Assembly: GCA_002633005.1 (NCBI GenBank)
Contig: NMRA01000006.1
Span: 1,322,442 to 1,386,441, forward strand
Reading direction: 5' to 3'
DNA from: Phoronis australis
Taxonomy: Eukaryota; Animalia; Phoronida
Length of the DNA stretch: 64,000 nucleotides
A model generated the notes under the pieces. That model saw only the letters and a list, made by a program, of their open reading frames with translations, was not told where the DNA came from and made no database searches. Shown one piece after another: positions 37,536 to 51,559 of this stretch (position 1 is its first letter; each line of letters starts with the position of its first letter). Position numbers and translations under genes: made by a program.

Positions 37536-39975
37536 TTTCACACTACAGAATCTCTGTCTGTCCAAAGAGTCGAGACATCCCTAAAGGGCCTTGATCTGAT
37601 CATAAAAAACGACGAAACTTATCGACAGTGTCACATATTTGAAACTAAGACTTTTGACAAGGAAAGACAAATGTCTTATTTTTGTGATGAAGACTGGAAC
37701 TAAAATTTGCATGGAGTCGTAATACAAATCAACTCAGCTTTCGGATCAGGCATAACTTCTGTACACATTCTACGACTGTAGCAATCGACAAAGATATTGT
37801 TTATAGGTTATCAGTTTAGAGCATGTAAAGAGAGTCATCAATCGAGGGGTTTCACTAAAATAGGAGCGTTTGTGAAGTCACATCTCTGCTTGTAGTTGCT
37901 TATTTCGTGGCACCATAGATTATAGTGTACTATGACTTAGACCACTAGGTGTTATATGGTTGGTCTCCACTTTTTCCTTACTGGAATGAAAAGTGGTTTC
38001 TTGGTTTCAAAGAACTGACAGTTCGTTATTACTTGAAATCATACTCTGCCCATAAAACGACAAGTCGTAGTGTAGAGCCTGGTCCCACGCAATAACGATT
38101 TCACTGCCAGTGTTTGTTGAAGCTCTGAAAAACACATCCAATGTGAGGCTAATTTCACAACAATAAATGTTCTAAAGCAATAGTTAATTTTTGTGAAGGA
38201 ACGCTGGTAAATAACTGCTGTCCGCAAGGGAGGAAGATTGTCCATCTTGAAGTAATCGAATGCAAAGTGTCCCAGGTGTTCAATACAACACTTATCGTAT
38301 CATTTCGGGTCTCAAGATGCTTTTCTGTGTTTCGTTGATAAATCTGTGAGCCAAGCACGTTCTCCAAATTAACTATTACCTTAACTCGCCACCCACACAC
38401 TTCACCTGTATGCAACTGCAACCTTCTGCACCAACAAAAACACGAGTTCCATGAAAATTAGACTGTCTATATTGAGATTTTGTTGTCGTGAACGTCTTGT
38501 TAATTAAACACTACATTATCGTTGGACGTTGATGTTTGTTATCATACCGATGTTTGTTCAGTGGCATTTGCGGTGATAACTCGTGTTCCCAAGATTTACT
38601 CCGATATTTGTGTCCACAGACGGGCTGTTTGGATAGGATCGAGCTTGCTCAGTCCTGGCGTTTTAAGTGGCAAGGTTAAGCTCCTTACGCAATTGAATTG
38701 TTTCTCTGAGGAACAAATTGTCTGTATCATTCATGCTTTTAAAATGACCAGAAAAAATAAGTACATGTTTACGACTACACTTTTCTCATGAATGATTGTG
38801 TGTGACAGAACAACCAAAACTTTATCCCACGCGCGTTGAATCTGTCGAGGGAAATACGGCCACGAAATAAAGTTTTCCGTATTCACCCCCCGCTCTACTT
38901 CAACAGCGACCTCTCATGGAAAGTTCAAAAGGAAGGTCAATGTCGACTCGACATCTTCGATCATCAAACTTTCCGAATACAGTTGCAACAGTGTAACTAA
39001 TACTCGACATGCAACCAGGCCCTAAACGAAAAATCTGGAACAAAACTGTTAATTATAAGACACTTATGTCTCATTATTTTTAAAATTGCTGAATACTATA
39101 TCGTCTGCAACTCAGGCGCCGATTCTTAGGAATTTAAAATATCAAATATTGTTGTTTTTTAACAATTTCCAGTAGATGTTACAAGTTCACTGCTCAATTG
39201 CCATTGTTTTCATCTTTGCTACCTCTTTTCAAGAAATAAATCGTTACTTTTAAAACTGTTTCTTTTACAAGAGAGAACTTGCAACTTAACGCGCAAGTAC
39301 ATACATATAGGATGTGATCCGCCATGTGAACAGTATGGGTGAAGTATTTGAAAAATCTGCCGTAAAATGTAAGAAACTTAAGAATTCGAAACGCACGGGA
39401 TAAATGCGGTCTCGGTCAATACGCGGAATAAGGTCGAGTGGGATATTACTTCATGTACGCCACTCTCGGTACGTTTTGTGTATGTATATCATGTCCTTTG
39501 ATTCACACTGAATTTTTGATGATGCTTGATTAAGTATCGTAGGTGCGGTAATAAATATCGTCGATGCGAACACGTGAATTGTGATTTAACACTCGCGCTA
39601 TGCGTGTATTTTTCGTTGCATTTTCTGCCTTGTATGCCACCATCGGTGCAAGTTTTTACCTTATTTTTGTATAATATGTTTACATGCTTATTTCCTGCGC
39701 ATAGATTTGTTGTAAACCTTTCAGTGTTTTACATTACTGTAAAACGTTGTATTTTTCTTTTATAGAAAACCGTTTTTGAACGAAAAAGGTTTCCCCTAGC
39801 TATGGCGTGTTTAAGTTGGCCGCTACATTAGTTTGACCGATGTGCGACTCATCAAAGATGGTTTCAGAAACCTTGGCGACGACCACGAAAAATACGGAAA
39901 GTGAGATGGACGAGTGGAAAGACGCATCCATTTAATTTTCGGTGATGACTTCCGCCTCCAGCGCATCGGCCAGGT

Positions 39976-40628
39976 TAGCCAGCCAGCTAGCTGTATGAAG
40001 ACTGTCGCCAAAATACAGGTGCCACAGTATGTTGAGCTCCAACAGACCTCGAAATTGCACACAGCACACAGGTAGTTCTGGTCGTCACCTCGCCGTGTAA
40101 CTTGCATCAACGTGTAGAGCTAAAGACCAGCGGGCGTGCATGCAAAATCTGGCGGTCAACCGACGCTCACCTTGCCCGTAACAGCCGTTTAAGTTAAAAA
40201 CAATCTAATAAACGTCATTTTCTTGCGTAATTCTCCGCCTTTTGTAACAAGAAAGTATGACGTTGTTTTATACGTTCGTGACACGCGCTTGCGTCATTTC
40301 CTAAAATTTTTGTGACATCTCTAGGGACATGATGACAACTTCGCAACAGCAAAATATGTTCTGAAATTCGGTTTGATGGTATTAACATACTATAAACTTG
40401 TAACTAAATGAAACCAGTTCCCAAATGAAATGCACACAACCTCGTAGAAGAAGAACAGTTGAATCGGCGAAAAAAGAAACTGGCCAATAGGTGAAGCAAT
40501 ATTTCATGACGCCGAAAGCTGACGCAAAACATTGCTCCAAACTTTTAGCAGTAGAATATCGTCAGAACGGCAATTTTCCAAAACCGGTAAATAATTTAGT
40601 TTACTCAATGAAGAGCGTAGTTTTCAAT
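39976..40628. repeat. Dispersed repeat, copy 2 of the family at 27257-27945
   Basis: Collinear similarity to 27257-27945 over its whole length. Confidence 0.8.
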
Positions 40629-41009
40629 GCAGGCCCGTAGCCAGAACTGTGGGCGATGGTTCGAATTTCTAGAACGGCGGACCTTTGATATTTTGCAAAC
40701 GTCGACACTGTAGAGTTTTCGGTATGGCCCTTGACGCAACTTAATCAAGGGAAATCTGCATACGCAAAGTCATATGCAATGTGGCTTAGCCAGGGTGCTC
40801 TCGCGTTACCTCATGTCGGACTTTCAAATCAGACGTGCTTTAATGGGCGGAAATATTTAGACGGATAATGACTTGTCGCAATTTTTTATCTCGTTTTATT
40901 CATGCGTGTTAATCGGAAGTTGCTTATTTTGCAACCCTGGAATGGGAACAGCCTACTCATAGACATCTTAATACTCGATGTCTATGAGCCTACATTTCGA
41001 AAGTTCGCT

Positions 41010-42992
41010 CAAGGAGTGTAGTAGTATAGGAGAGTTCACTTGTGAGTTCGCTGTTACCGCTACTACTAGCGCCGCCAAGTGATGAACAAGCAACAGTCAA
41101 ACAGGAAGCGCCAAAACAATGGGGAAGGACGCATTATGCAGTGCGATAAATTGCACTAATTCTTCCACGACAACCCCAGACCTCTCGTTTTTTAGGTTTT
41201 CTAAGGATCCGGAAAGGTAAGTATTATATGTTATTCAATAATACAATACATTGTCTTTCATTTTGTGTGTTCTGTTCACAGTTGTTAGACAAGTCGATCG
41301 CACGTCCCGGTGCCACTGTCTGTTGTTTGCAGTGTAGGCTAGGCCTACTGGTCAGCCGGCGGAAGGACTACTGATTAACGTACGATGTGATCGTCAGCTT
41401 TTTGGATACTTGCAGTCCATGTATTCCAAATCAAAATGTCACTCTAACGATCGCAGGGATAATTTTAGGAAAACATAGCCATGGCCATGGGTGAATATGA
41501 ATCATTGTGGTGACACGGCCATGGCACGACAGCCACAGGGACTCAAGTTTTCATTAGTCAAGTTAGAGACATAACCTAGAATTGTCGTGAGGACTTGACA
41601 GGTCGCCTCATGGGTCTCACGCTCCACTGATTTATATACACTAGCTTGAAAAGACTTTGCCCAGTTACACATTTTGTGTCATAAAACTGAGAGATAATCA
41701 TACCTGCAGCTAATGCAGCTAGTAGAACTTGTCTCGTTTATCACATTGGTGTAGGCTCACAGAAGAACTGTGATTTTCTGTTGAGCCCAGACCGTCCGGA
41801 GTTGCACCATATACCAACTCCGGACGGTCTCTCACGACGATTTAGCGTTATGGAATGTGTGGGTCTCGGTGAAAAGTTGTGCGGCCCCTTAAAATATCCG
41901 TGGATCGACATTTGAGTCCTAGTTTTTTAGTTGACGCCAAGACGCTTTTGTCTCTATCACAATCACAGTACGACAGGACTTCTGTAGTGTAGTGCAGTTT
42001 AGTGTAGGCTACCAGTCTTCTGTGAACCTGGTGAGTATGAGGTTTGTTCCTGAGTCTCTCATTGGTTTCTGTTCAGGTGCAAGCACTGGGAGCCGACCTT
42101 ATGAATAGAGTGCATCCTACTTGTCCAAGAACTGCAACTTATGCTCTCATCACTTCGAGGAGTCCATGTTGATGAATGAAGAACAAGCTGGTATTGAATG
42201 CAGTGCCCGAGCAGTATTTGATGTCCCCAGTCCACCAAAAATGAAGACGTCAAAAAGTTCTACGGAAATTATGTTACAGCTGTGGAATAGGCTTTTTGCA
42301 TTTCTGATTATCGTCTCACAAAGCAAGTACTGGAACATCACGTGTAGAAAGGACAATTAGTCAAAATCTGGTTTTCGTATTTTACTAAGGTTGATCAGAT
42401 TGAAACATTTTATGAATGGTTAGCCTGTGATTTGAAGAGNGCTCAACACCCATGTGGCATACCCCATTGGTTTTTACCTGTTTAGCACTCCTCCCATGTA
42501 ACCCCCCTGGGAGATGGTCAACACCCATTTGGCGCCCACATGGTTTTTGCCTTGTACCCCCTTAGCTGTCACCTGTGGAGCATTACCCTCTGAGCCCCCA
42601 GGAGCAATCATTCAAATTTTATTGTCCATGGAGGTATGAACTGTTATAAGGAAAGATAATTTGCCTTGTTAAGAACTCAAACATGAAACAAAACCGTGAT
42701 TGATTTTGAAGGGAGCTTCAAAAGAATAAAAATAAATACACTTTAACATGATTAAAATACACATTTTCATTCTCATTCGATTATAAGTGGATGTTAGTTT
42801 ACGTATTCTAACCATTTTCAATCACACAGTAATTTTATTGCACGTTGAACGTCATTAAAGTATGAATTCATCAGTGTGCTCCTAAGTAAGTATTGATTAT
42901 TCACCGCTTGGAGCGCTAGTGTTTCGACCGGTAACCATTGCGGCGAATGGTAAAATGGCGGAGTGAACTCTCCTATACTCGTACACTCCTTG
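41010..42992 (+). mobile_element. P-superfamily-like non-autonomous transposon with a spliced, decayed THAP gene
   Basis: TIRs caaggagtgta..agtataggagagttcact / agtgaactctcctatactcgtacactccttg; exact 7-bp TSD gttcgct (41003-41009, 42993-42999). Exon MGKDALCSAINCTNSSTTTPDLSFFRFSKDPE|gtaagt (from 41119); second exon from ~42077 CKHW...LCSHHFEESM...FDVPSPP (THAP12/PRKRIR-like, frameshifted). Confidence 0.8.
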
Positions 42993-44827
42993 GTTCGCTT
43001 TTCCGAAAGTTCACTACTCCGAAGGTTTATTACTCCGAAAATATCTAAAACTTTGGACTCGGGTGTAATTTTTACTCTTACCTGCAACAATAAACGACAC
43101 TTCGGTTATTAAATGCACTGAGTCAGTTGTACATGTTCCTATATACCGAAAACAACGCCCGGGAACTAAAGCATTTTGCTTGGATTTCATGAGCATGCGA
43201 CATTGCCTGCACGTTTTATCGAATACGGGAAATGAGTACGTACCTGCATTAAAAATAATAAATAAATTAGGAACATTAATGAATTATCAACCACGATACA
43301 CTCGTCAAATCCATGTCAAGATCGCATCATTTCACAGCAGGACTGAAAAGTTTAGGGACGCTGCACCTCAACCTCACCCACCGGAACCACGCATTCGGCC
43401 AGATCGAAGCTAATGTAGTTAGCAGGCTACCTTGTCCCTGCCAGTCTTCACAAAGTCGGAGTCCCACCCAGTCTTGTTAAACTTAAAACCACCGTTGGTC
43501 TTTGCAGCCCCTACCCGTGCCCCAGATGTTGTCCCTGCTTGAGAATGAGTCGTCAGTTACTCGGACTCAAGAATCACGATAAGCAGTGATCAGAACTGAG
43601 CTCATTTGTTAACAATGTAATGAACGTTTTAAGAACTATAATATCTTGCACACCCTTTAAATGGTTACTAAATGGACACAAATTCAGAACTTTATTCCTG
43701 TCAGTTCTGACTCATCAGCAGACAATCAGAGTAATGAATTGCCGGTGTTCTGGTTTCGGAATTTTGGACTTTCGAAGTAGTGAAGTTTCGAAGGTGGCGA
43801 ACCTTCGGAGTAATGAACGTTCGCAATAGTGGCATGTAACATTGGCAATCTTTTCCATCACGTTCGTTGCTCGTATGAAGTCTGCGTGGCTGTGCACTGT
43901 TGACATTGACAAGAGAAAACAATCTTCATTGAGCACACTTTTTGTTAGGTCTAGACCTCCTTTTCCCTAACGATGTCCACATGCTCTTCGGGGTTTTCTT
44001 AGTGCAAGAAAACACGGTAGTTATAGGCCTATGCCTGGTCTTTGAGCAACGACTGAGGACTGCCTATAGTGAATTTACCGTCAGCATGTACTGAATTAAA
44101 AGAACGGAAACGCACACACGTGTACACGCATGCACGCCAACCCACCAATCCGCAGTTAAAGTGGACACTGGATGAACAACATTTGACGATCACGTTCTAT
44201 TCGAAATTCGAAAATGCCCGCACTTTACCGTACCGTGCTAGCACTGAGTACACCAACGTAGCAGATAACAAACCTATTTTCTGCTGTTTTGTATCTTGGT
44301 AGATTTTAAGGCATTCACACCGAACTAATTTTTGGGAGCTTTCTCGCTGCTATATAGCTTAGCTACGCATAGACATTTACTTCTAGACTCCCTTGTCACC
44401 CTGTGGTGTGCCGCCACCACGCACTTTCAATGCCGATGAATGACATAAATCCTCCATGTGGGTCCCCATGTCAGCCCAATATATGGTAGAACCCAACAAG
44501 CTCAAGTTGCTGTCAAATCAGGATGGGCACAAATAAGAAAATTTACTGTATCAACAGATTGGCCAAATAAGAATAAGATACAGTGTTGCTACAGTGCGCA
44601 CGTGCACGATAGTTGGTCTATCATTTTCGTAAGTGCATGAATCAATCAGATCACCAACGGCGCAAAATTTTCGAAAACAGTTGATTCTTTGGGAGTTCTA
44701 TTACTGTTCTATTTATTTTCAAAACTTTATTAATTTATTTTCTGTTCAACTCAATGAGGCCCTTGGCTGCCGCAAAAAATAAAAGAGCAAGAGCGTAGGG
44801 AAATATGGAGTTTATTAGTTAACCCCA

Positions 44828-46636
44828 CAGTGGCGGATCTAGGATATCACAAGGGGGGGGNNNNNNNNNNNNNNNNNNNNNNNNNNNNNNNNNNNNNNNN
44901 NNNNNNNNNNNNNNNNNNNNNNNNNNNNNNNNNNNNNNNNNNNNNNNNNNNNNNNNNNNNNNNNNNNNNNNNNNNNNNNNNNNNNNNNNNNNNNNNNNNN
45001 NNNNNNNNNNNNNNNNNNNNNNNNNNNNNNNNNNNNNNNNNNNNNNNNNNNNNNNNNNNNNNNNNNNNNNNNNNNNNNNNNNNNNNNNNNNNNNNNNNNN
45101 NNNNNNNNNNNNNNNNNNNNNNNNNNNNNNNNNNNNNNNNNNNNNNNNNNNNNNNNNNNNNNNNNNNNNNNNNNNNNNNNNNNNNNNNNNNNNNNNNNNN
45201 NNNNNNNNNNNNNNNNNNNNNNNNNNNNNNNNNNNNNNNNNNNNNNNNNNNNNNNNNNNNNNNNNNNNNNNNNNNNNNNNNNNNNNNNNNNNNNNNNNNN
45301 NNNNNNNNNNNNNNNNNNNNNNNNNNNNNNNNNNNNNNNNNNNNNNNNNNNNNNNNNNNNNNNNNNNNNNNNNNNNNNNNNNNNNNNNNNNNNNNNNNNN
45401 NNNNNNNNNNNNNNNNNNNNNNNNNNNNNNNNNNNNNNNNNNNNNNNNNNNNNNNNNNNNNNNNNNNNNNNNNNNNNNNNNNNNNNNNNNNNNNNNNNNN
45501 NNNNNNNNNNNNNNNNNNNNNNNNNNNNNNNNNNNNNNNNNNNNNNNNNNNNNNNNNNNNNNNNNNNNNNNNNNNNNNNNNNNNNNNNNNNNNNNNNNNN
45601 NNNNNNNNNNNNNNNNNNNNNNNNNNNNNNNNNNNNNNNNNNNNNNNNNNNNNNNNNNNNNNNNNNNNNNNNNNNNNNNNNNNNNNNNNNNNNNNNNNNN
45701 NNNNNNNNNNNNNNNNNNNNNNNNNNNNNNNNNNNNNNNNNNNNNNNNNNNNNNNNNNNNNNNNNNNNNNNNNNNNNNNNGGGGGGGGGGGGGGGCCCGG
45801 GCCCCCTGGGCCCCCCCTAAATCCGCCTATGACCCCAGTAGGCTAATTAATATTATACGGCTTAAACAAGATTTAAATGTGTGCAATTTTAGTGTGTTTG
45901 GGTGGGGGCTCACATTCAATTGCAAGTGTCAAATTCGGAACACGGCGCAATCGTGACGGAACTATGGCTAAGTATAGGCTCTCCCGCGATATCACAGACG
46001 ACCGGCAGTGGCGCTGCACACTACGACTCCGTTTCCGTCGTCTTCTTCACTATGCAATGAAGAAAATTACTTCATTTTTTAAAGAAAAATGGAATCTGAG
46101 TAACGATGCAAAAACAGAATCTGCTGGTAAGATGTGAATTTTAATAGAAGCCTTAGTGAATCACTCAGAAACTCATAATCTTCTCTTTTTCAAACCTTAA
46201 CTTAAGACGATTTCCAGAGCATTCGCGTCATTAACACAAAAACGGATTTGGTCTTTTGGGCAGGTGAAGACTATTTTAAATACAACAAATTTGTTACGAA
46301 CTGATTGCACAAAATATAGAAAGTGTAATAAACATTACAAAAAGAATTAGGTTTTGCGCGCAAACGCTGTGGATCATAAACAAGTAAGTCTCTTAGAATC
46401 AAATTACGAGTGAAAGCGTGGTGGTGCTGTAGTAAAGCACGCGCCCTCTATCCGCCAGGTCGTGAGTTCGAATTTGTGGTCATTGCATTTTTTCAAGTTT
46501 GACACGTTCTCCGTGTTTTTTTTCTTGGATAATACTTCAGGAATCAAGAAAAATGCGCATCTACAATCGTGCTTTGCGCAAATGTTTACAGACAAAATGT
46601 TGGGCCCCCCTTGTGATATCCTAGATCCGCCACTGG
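44828..46636. mobile_element. hAT-like MITE termini spanning the assembly gap
   Basis: cagtggcggatctaggatatcacaagggggg at 44828 and its inverse cccccttgtgatatcctagatccgcccactg ending ~46636. No TSD confirmed and the interior is partly Ns. Confidence 0.45.
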
Positions 46637-48354
46637 CACAATACAACCAACGGCCCTTTTAAGGCCACTTAACACTTCCCAGAAGAACTGCTCACTTGAG
46701 AATTTTGAATTATAAACGCACAAAGGTTAGACCAGTGAAATCGTTGCAGAGGTGCATTTTTTAATCCGTACAGTTTTTTTCTAAAACAAAAATGTTATAT
46801 AAGTATCTTTTGCATTCACAGGTACTCCTTAGAATTTGTGCACAAATATGTTTTCATAGTTTTCTCAGTATGTGAACCATGAATCACAATCTGTCCGGTA
46901 ACTATGCTGCTATTGTGCAAGCAAACGATATATCGGCACCGAAGTTTAAATTTTGTAATTAATTACCGGTAGCATTGCCAAAAGTACTCATGATACCAAA
47001 AGTTCTACCATTGGAAGACTTTGAACAGCGTTTCAATGCCGAATTTATTTTTTTTTCGTTGTACTGGACTGCAAAGTAGATGAGAGAATTTCCCGTCAGA
47101 ATACACTAACCGGAAACTGCACCAGATAATTCAAGAGAGTGGCGGCGCCTCTTGGCTAGCACGGAAGAAAATGTCGGAGTTGCGAATCTGTTGTCTATAA
47201 TCTATGCTGTTACTAAACGGCACAAGGTTTTTGCTGTGAAGATTTGCCATACAGTGAAACCTAGTGGACTTGTCTCACACAACTCGCGGATATTGTGCAC
47301 ATAAGGTTGGACGGTTACTTTAAAGCTCTACACACTGCAATTTCGGAGGTCAGATCCAAAATAAAATAAAATAAGCCGACTTTGCGTGGGAGAAATGGAC
47401 CCCAGAAATTATCCACTTTCACTGATCTTTATAAAAGCTATACGAAGTTTCAACGTCAAATGTGTTTTTTTTTTCGTTTACCATTGGTTGCATGTTATGT
47501 GAAGATTTTTTAGTTTTTGTGTAGTGTTCCTCGGCGAAAGTTCTTAAATTCATGTTTCCATTCTCGTTTTTTGGGAAAGGTGTTATAGATAGCCTGCGCT
47601 ATTGCGTGTATCTAAAAATAAACAAAACATCTATCTCCAGAATGAACTCTGGCTAATTTGGTAGGCCCCTTTCCCTGCTGTCACGACTAAAAACACGTCG
47701 CTTTTTCATGGCCTTTAGACCAATCTTCTACTCCACATTGTAATTCAACCATTACGGCTTGTATGCGGGGTGTTACGGTATTTTGCGCAATACGGCCAAT
47801 GGTTTACTTTTGGATACTTCTTATGTGAAGCACGTGCAACTAAACGCTCAACGGGCATCAGTTCAGTTATATAGTCTGACGGGTGAGCTAACGGGTCGTT
47901 TTATTTTCAACTGTTCCTGTCTGCCCTGGATATTTGGAATATTGCGTTGTGTTTTTGCTTGGTTGTCTCGACACTACAGTATTTTCACAAGTCGCATGAT
48001 ACAACTCGGCTGACAACATGTAAGTTTGTCTTAGGCGAATTGATGAACGCAGAGTTCATTTGCAAAGCGAATTATCTACTTAAAATTAAACTAGAACAAC
48101 GAACATCTATTCAAAATGTGTCGATGGTCATTTTAGTTGTTAACTGGCAGAAGACTGGACTGTCTGTTACCGTACACCGTTTTGTTACTTTACTGTGCAC
48201 GCAGACACTCAGTGCCACCATAGATGCCCCCGTACATGGACCGCCAACTTTCAATGGACGAAATCTTACGCACAAGCCCTTACGTCATTTTTCACTGGCG
48301 ACAGCTGGCTAAATTTTCTGGTGCAATTTCCGGCAAGTACGTTGTCTGCTCATC

Positions 48355-48555
48355 ATGGTCGACTGCTTTGTGGCCGGTTGTTCGGCCACACACGCGAAAT
48401 GCAAAGGCGTTAGCTTCCATACCATCCGAAGACCCCATAATCGGCTGTGGGAAGAAAAGCTTATTTCTTGTGTCAACGTGAATGGCAGTTGTTTCAGCAA
48501 TAAGACTTTATACATTTGTTCAAGGCACTTTGGTTTTGAAGATGAACGTTTTTAA
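48355..48555 (+). pseudogene. Isolated THAP-domain fragment (transposon derived)
   Basis: MVDCFVAGCS....GVSFH.....W......LYICSRHF is a THAP C2CH signature; a stop follows directly. Confidence 0.7.
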
Positions 48556-49972
48556 GAGGCTCTGGTAGGCCTACTAGGCTACTTGATCCTGTCTTCACAA
48601 ATCCATTTTTGTTTTCTCCGTTTTGATGAAAACTATCTGGTAAACTTTTTGACGAAAATTGTCCGCTAAATTTCTTCCAAAGGTAGTGACTCGTAAACTC
48701 TTGTCCTTACGAAGAAGTTCAGTCATAGTCTAGTGAGCGAATTAACCAAATTACTCTTCGCTGGCCCTGATCAGACGGTTGGTCTCACTGAGCAGAATGC
48801 GCACATTTGGCCAGGATTTGGATCAGCGATTTCAACAAGTTCACATTCGTGTACAAATAAATAGAACGCTGGTAAAACCTTTAACATGAATAAAGATTAC
48901 ATTAATACTTCAGAAATAACTACCTGGACCAGTCAAAATCTATCTCGCAATTCGACAGCAAGTTACACACTCATTTCATGTCGAATATATATGCCGCACA
49001 AAATCTCTCGACTGCAGTCTATGAAAATGCAACCAACTTCTTTGAAAACATGGAACAGGAACACCGGAGGGGTGTGAAGGTTGTTTTTATTCTTCAATGT
49101 TAAATTTTTGTAAGCGGACATATGGTTTTTAAATTTCCGCCTTAACTCCTAACATTTCCAAACTTAAGCCTTTCAAACGAACGTTTATGACGAAAAAAAA
49201 TTCTTCAACCAGTTTTGTAAAGTAATATGCCACCTGTAGGGTACATAATGAGCCAATCCCACTCCTAATGTAACAAAAGGGTCCCGTGCATAAAGGATAC
49301 TAAGTATTGCCCTGCTGAAATATTACCGTATTCGCCCTAATAAGCGGCCAGGGCGCTTAGAAAAATCCGCTTCAGGAAGAGGGGCGCTTATTATAGCCCA
49401 AAAGTGGTTGAAACCCGTCTCCGAAACAGGTGAAATCGTAAGCTAGAATTCATCAAATTTACTCTCTGTGACGCATTTGTAACCTATGACAGAGTTTCTA
49501 CAAAACTGCAGTGCATTGCTGTCAAACGTTGTTAACTTACGAGCATTTTTCAGAAAATCCCACTGCCAAAAATTGCCGTGAATCAGGTTTCAAGCTCCTC
49601 AGCTTGGTTTAACTATATATTAATAAACCATAAAATGGTTCCAAGTGATCAGTGTAATGGGCCCACATGCGCTGCCTGCGCACGTCTGGTAAAACGTGTA
49701 TCATGCAGCTCCTGATTTTAACAAAGGTCTCGTTTTTTAATTTTGGTCCGGTATAAATAACGCCACAGACATGGAAATCCAACGAAACACTTCTACCTTT
49801 CAAACCTGACAATCCCTAGTCTCAGAAAATTTAAGCACCCGGCAAAAGATACTAATGATGAAATTACGGTGGTGATAATCACCCACTTTGTTTTTTTTTT
49901 ACTTCACATACACAATTTGAAATGGTTGATAAAATGAAGCCCATTCGAGTAAGCATCATGTGGGTCCCAATG

Positions 49973-50771
49973 GCAGAATGGTGAATGTTGGCCAAATCCC
50001 CTTTTGTCCACTGACGTCACACGCATGCTGGCGCCCCCCAATGGAGGTTAGGAGACTGCACTGGTAGCCTGCCCTTGTAGAATCTGCAGTTCGTTTACAC
50101 AACTGGTAACTCGACTCAGGGTGATGACTGACATCATTTGTATCAAACAACGATACTCTATACCGATACATTTTCTTGTATGCCAGGCCACGGACAGTGC
50201 TGTTCTTGAATGGAATTATTTACGGATTTTTAGGCAAACCTTTCGCAAATGCGACTCGCCGACTTAGAATGAACAAAACGTACCATTTTGGTCGACATAA
50301 CTTTCAATATTTTAATATGAAAAACAAAATAACCGAATGCTCGGCCGCATTCAACTCACAGGCAGCAGACGTCTTATCACTGCCGTAAATCATGAGAAGC
50401 TCAAACGTAAGTTTTACACAACCTCTGCATACTTAAGTATCGTGTCCATTCGCAGTAGGCCCCAGTACCCGCGGACGCAGGACTCAGTTCATACACTCAT
50501 CTGAGCAAAATTATTTATCATGCCGCAACCTCAGAATTCACTATGTAACATACCACAAAAATATTCTTAATTCTTAGATTTTGAGGATTGACGAAAGTCA
50601 CGATACATAGAATTATCCGCAAATCTGTGACTTGTCTGATGCTACTTGGTCCGTATTGATAGACTAAATCAGTGGTTAACTCGGTTTTCGAGTTCTCATG
50701 GCCTCCACTGGGGGCGCCAGCATGCGTGTGACGTCAGTGGACAAAAGGGGATTTGGCCAACATTTACCATT
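49973..50771. mobile_element. MULE/Mutator-like MITE (~800 bp), copy A
   Basis: Long TIRs gcagaatggtgaatgttggccaaatccccttttgtccactgacgtcacacgcatgctggcgcccc; 9-bp TSD gtcccaatg (49964-49972, 50772-50780). Near-identical to 58599-59386. Confidence 0.85.
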
Positions 50772-51559
50772 GTCCCAATGCCAACGCAATATATGATAGA
50801 ACCCAACAAGCTCAAGTTGCAATCAAATCAGGATGGGCATAAATAAGGAAATTTACTGTATCAATAAATACCGAAATGCCGAAATAAATATTTTTTTCGG
50901 TGTACTGGACAGTAAAGTAGATGCAAATAATTCTCGTCAAAATACACTAATCGGAAAGTGCACCAGAAAATTTAGGAGAGTGGCGGCGCCTCTTGGCTAG
51001 CACGTAAGTAAATGTCGGAGTTGCGAATCTGTTGTCTATAATCTACGGTGCCACGTGAAAAACGGGGCTTGGCTATATCTTCATGTTGAACATGCTGATC
51101 AAATTTTTACAAAAAACAACCCGAAAAAAGTCTAATTAGGTTGTTTCTAACGCGTACCAATGCATACAATTGTTTTCGGTGACTGCCGACGATAAACTTC
51201 CGATGCTGTGACTGAAAATTCGAAAGAAAAATCGAAGCGAGAATTTTCAGCAGTCTGACCGCCATTTTTCAGTCCGCTCTGGATGGTTACAACGCTACAG
51301 CCGTAGGCCTACAAAAGTCGTGTTTGAATTTTGTGACAAACTGCGACAAAAAGGTCGATGCATTGCTTTGAGATAGGCCCACTGTCACAAGGCATGCTGT
51401 ATTTTCACCACCCCAATAACAATGTCAAGAAAGTAAGGTAAAGCAATGTCAATTTGTTACTTAACGAGTTGTTTATTCACTACTGCGCCACAAGTTACTT
51501 TAACGTTTTTGGATCCCAATATCTTTCTCATCAAAATGCCAATATTGCCGGCTTCCTTG

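Noticed and set aside
44830-45846. 338-aa ORF in the ORF track
   Set aside because: Artefact of the 920-nt N gap between poly-G tracts.
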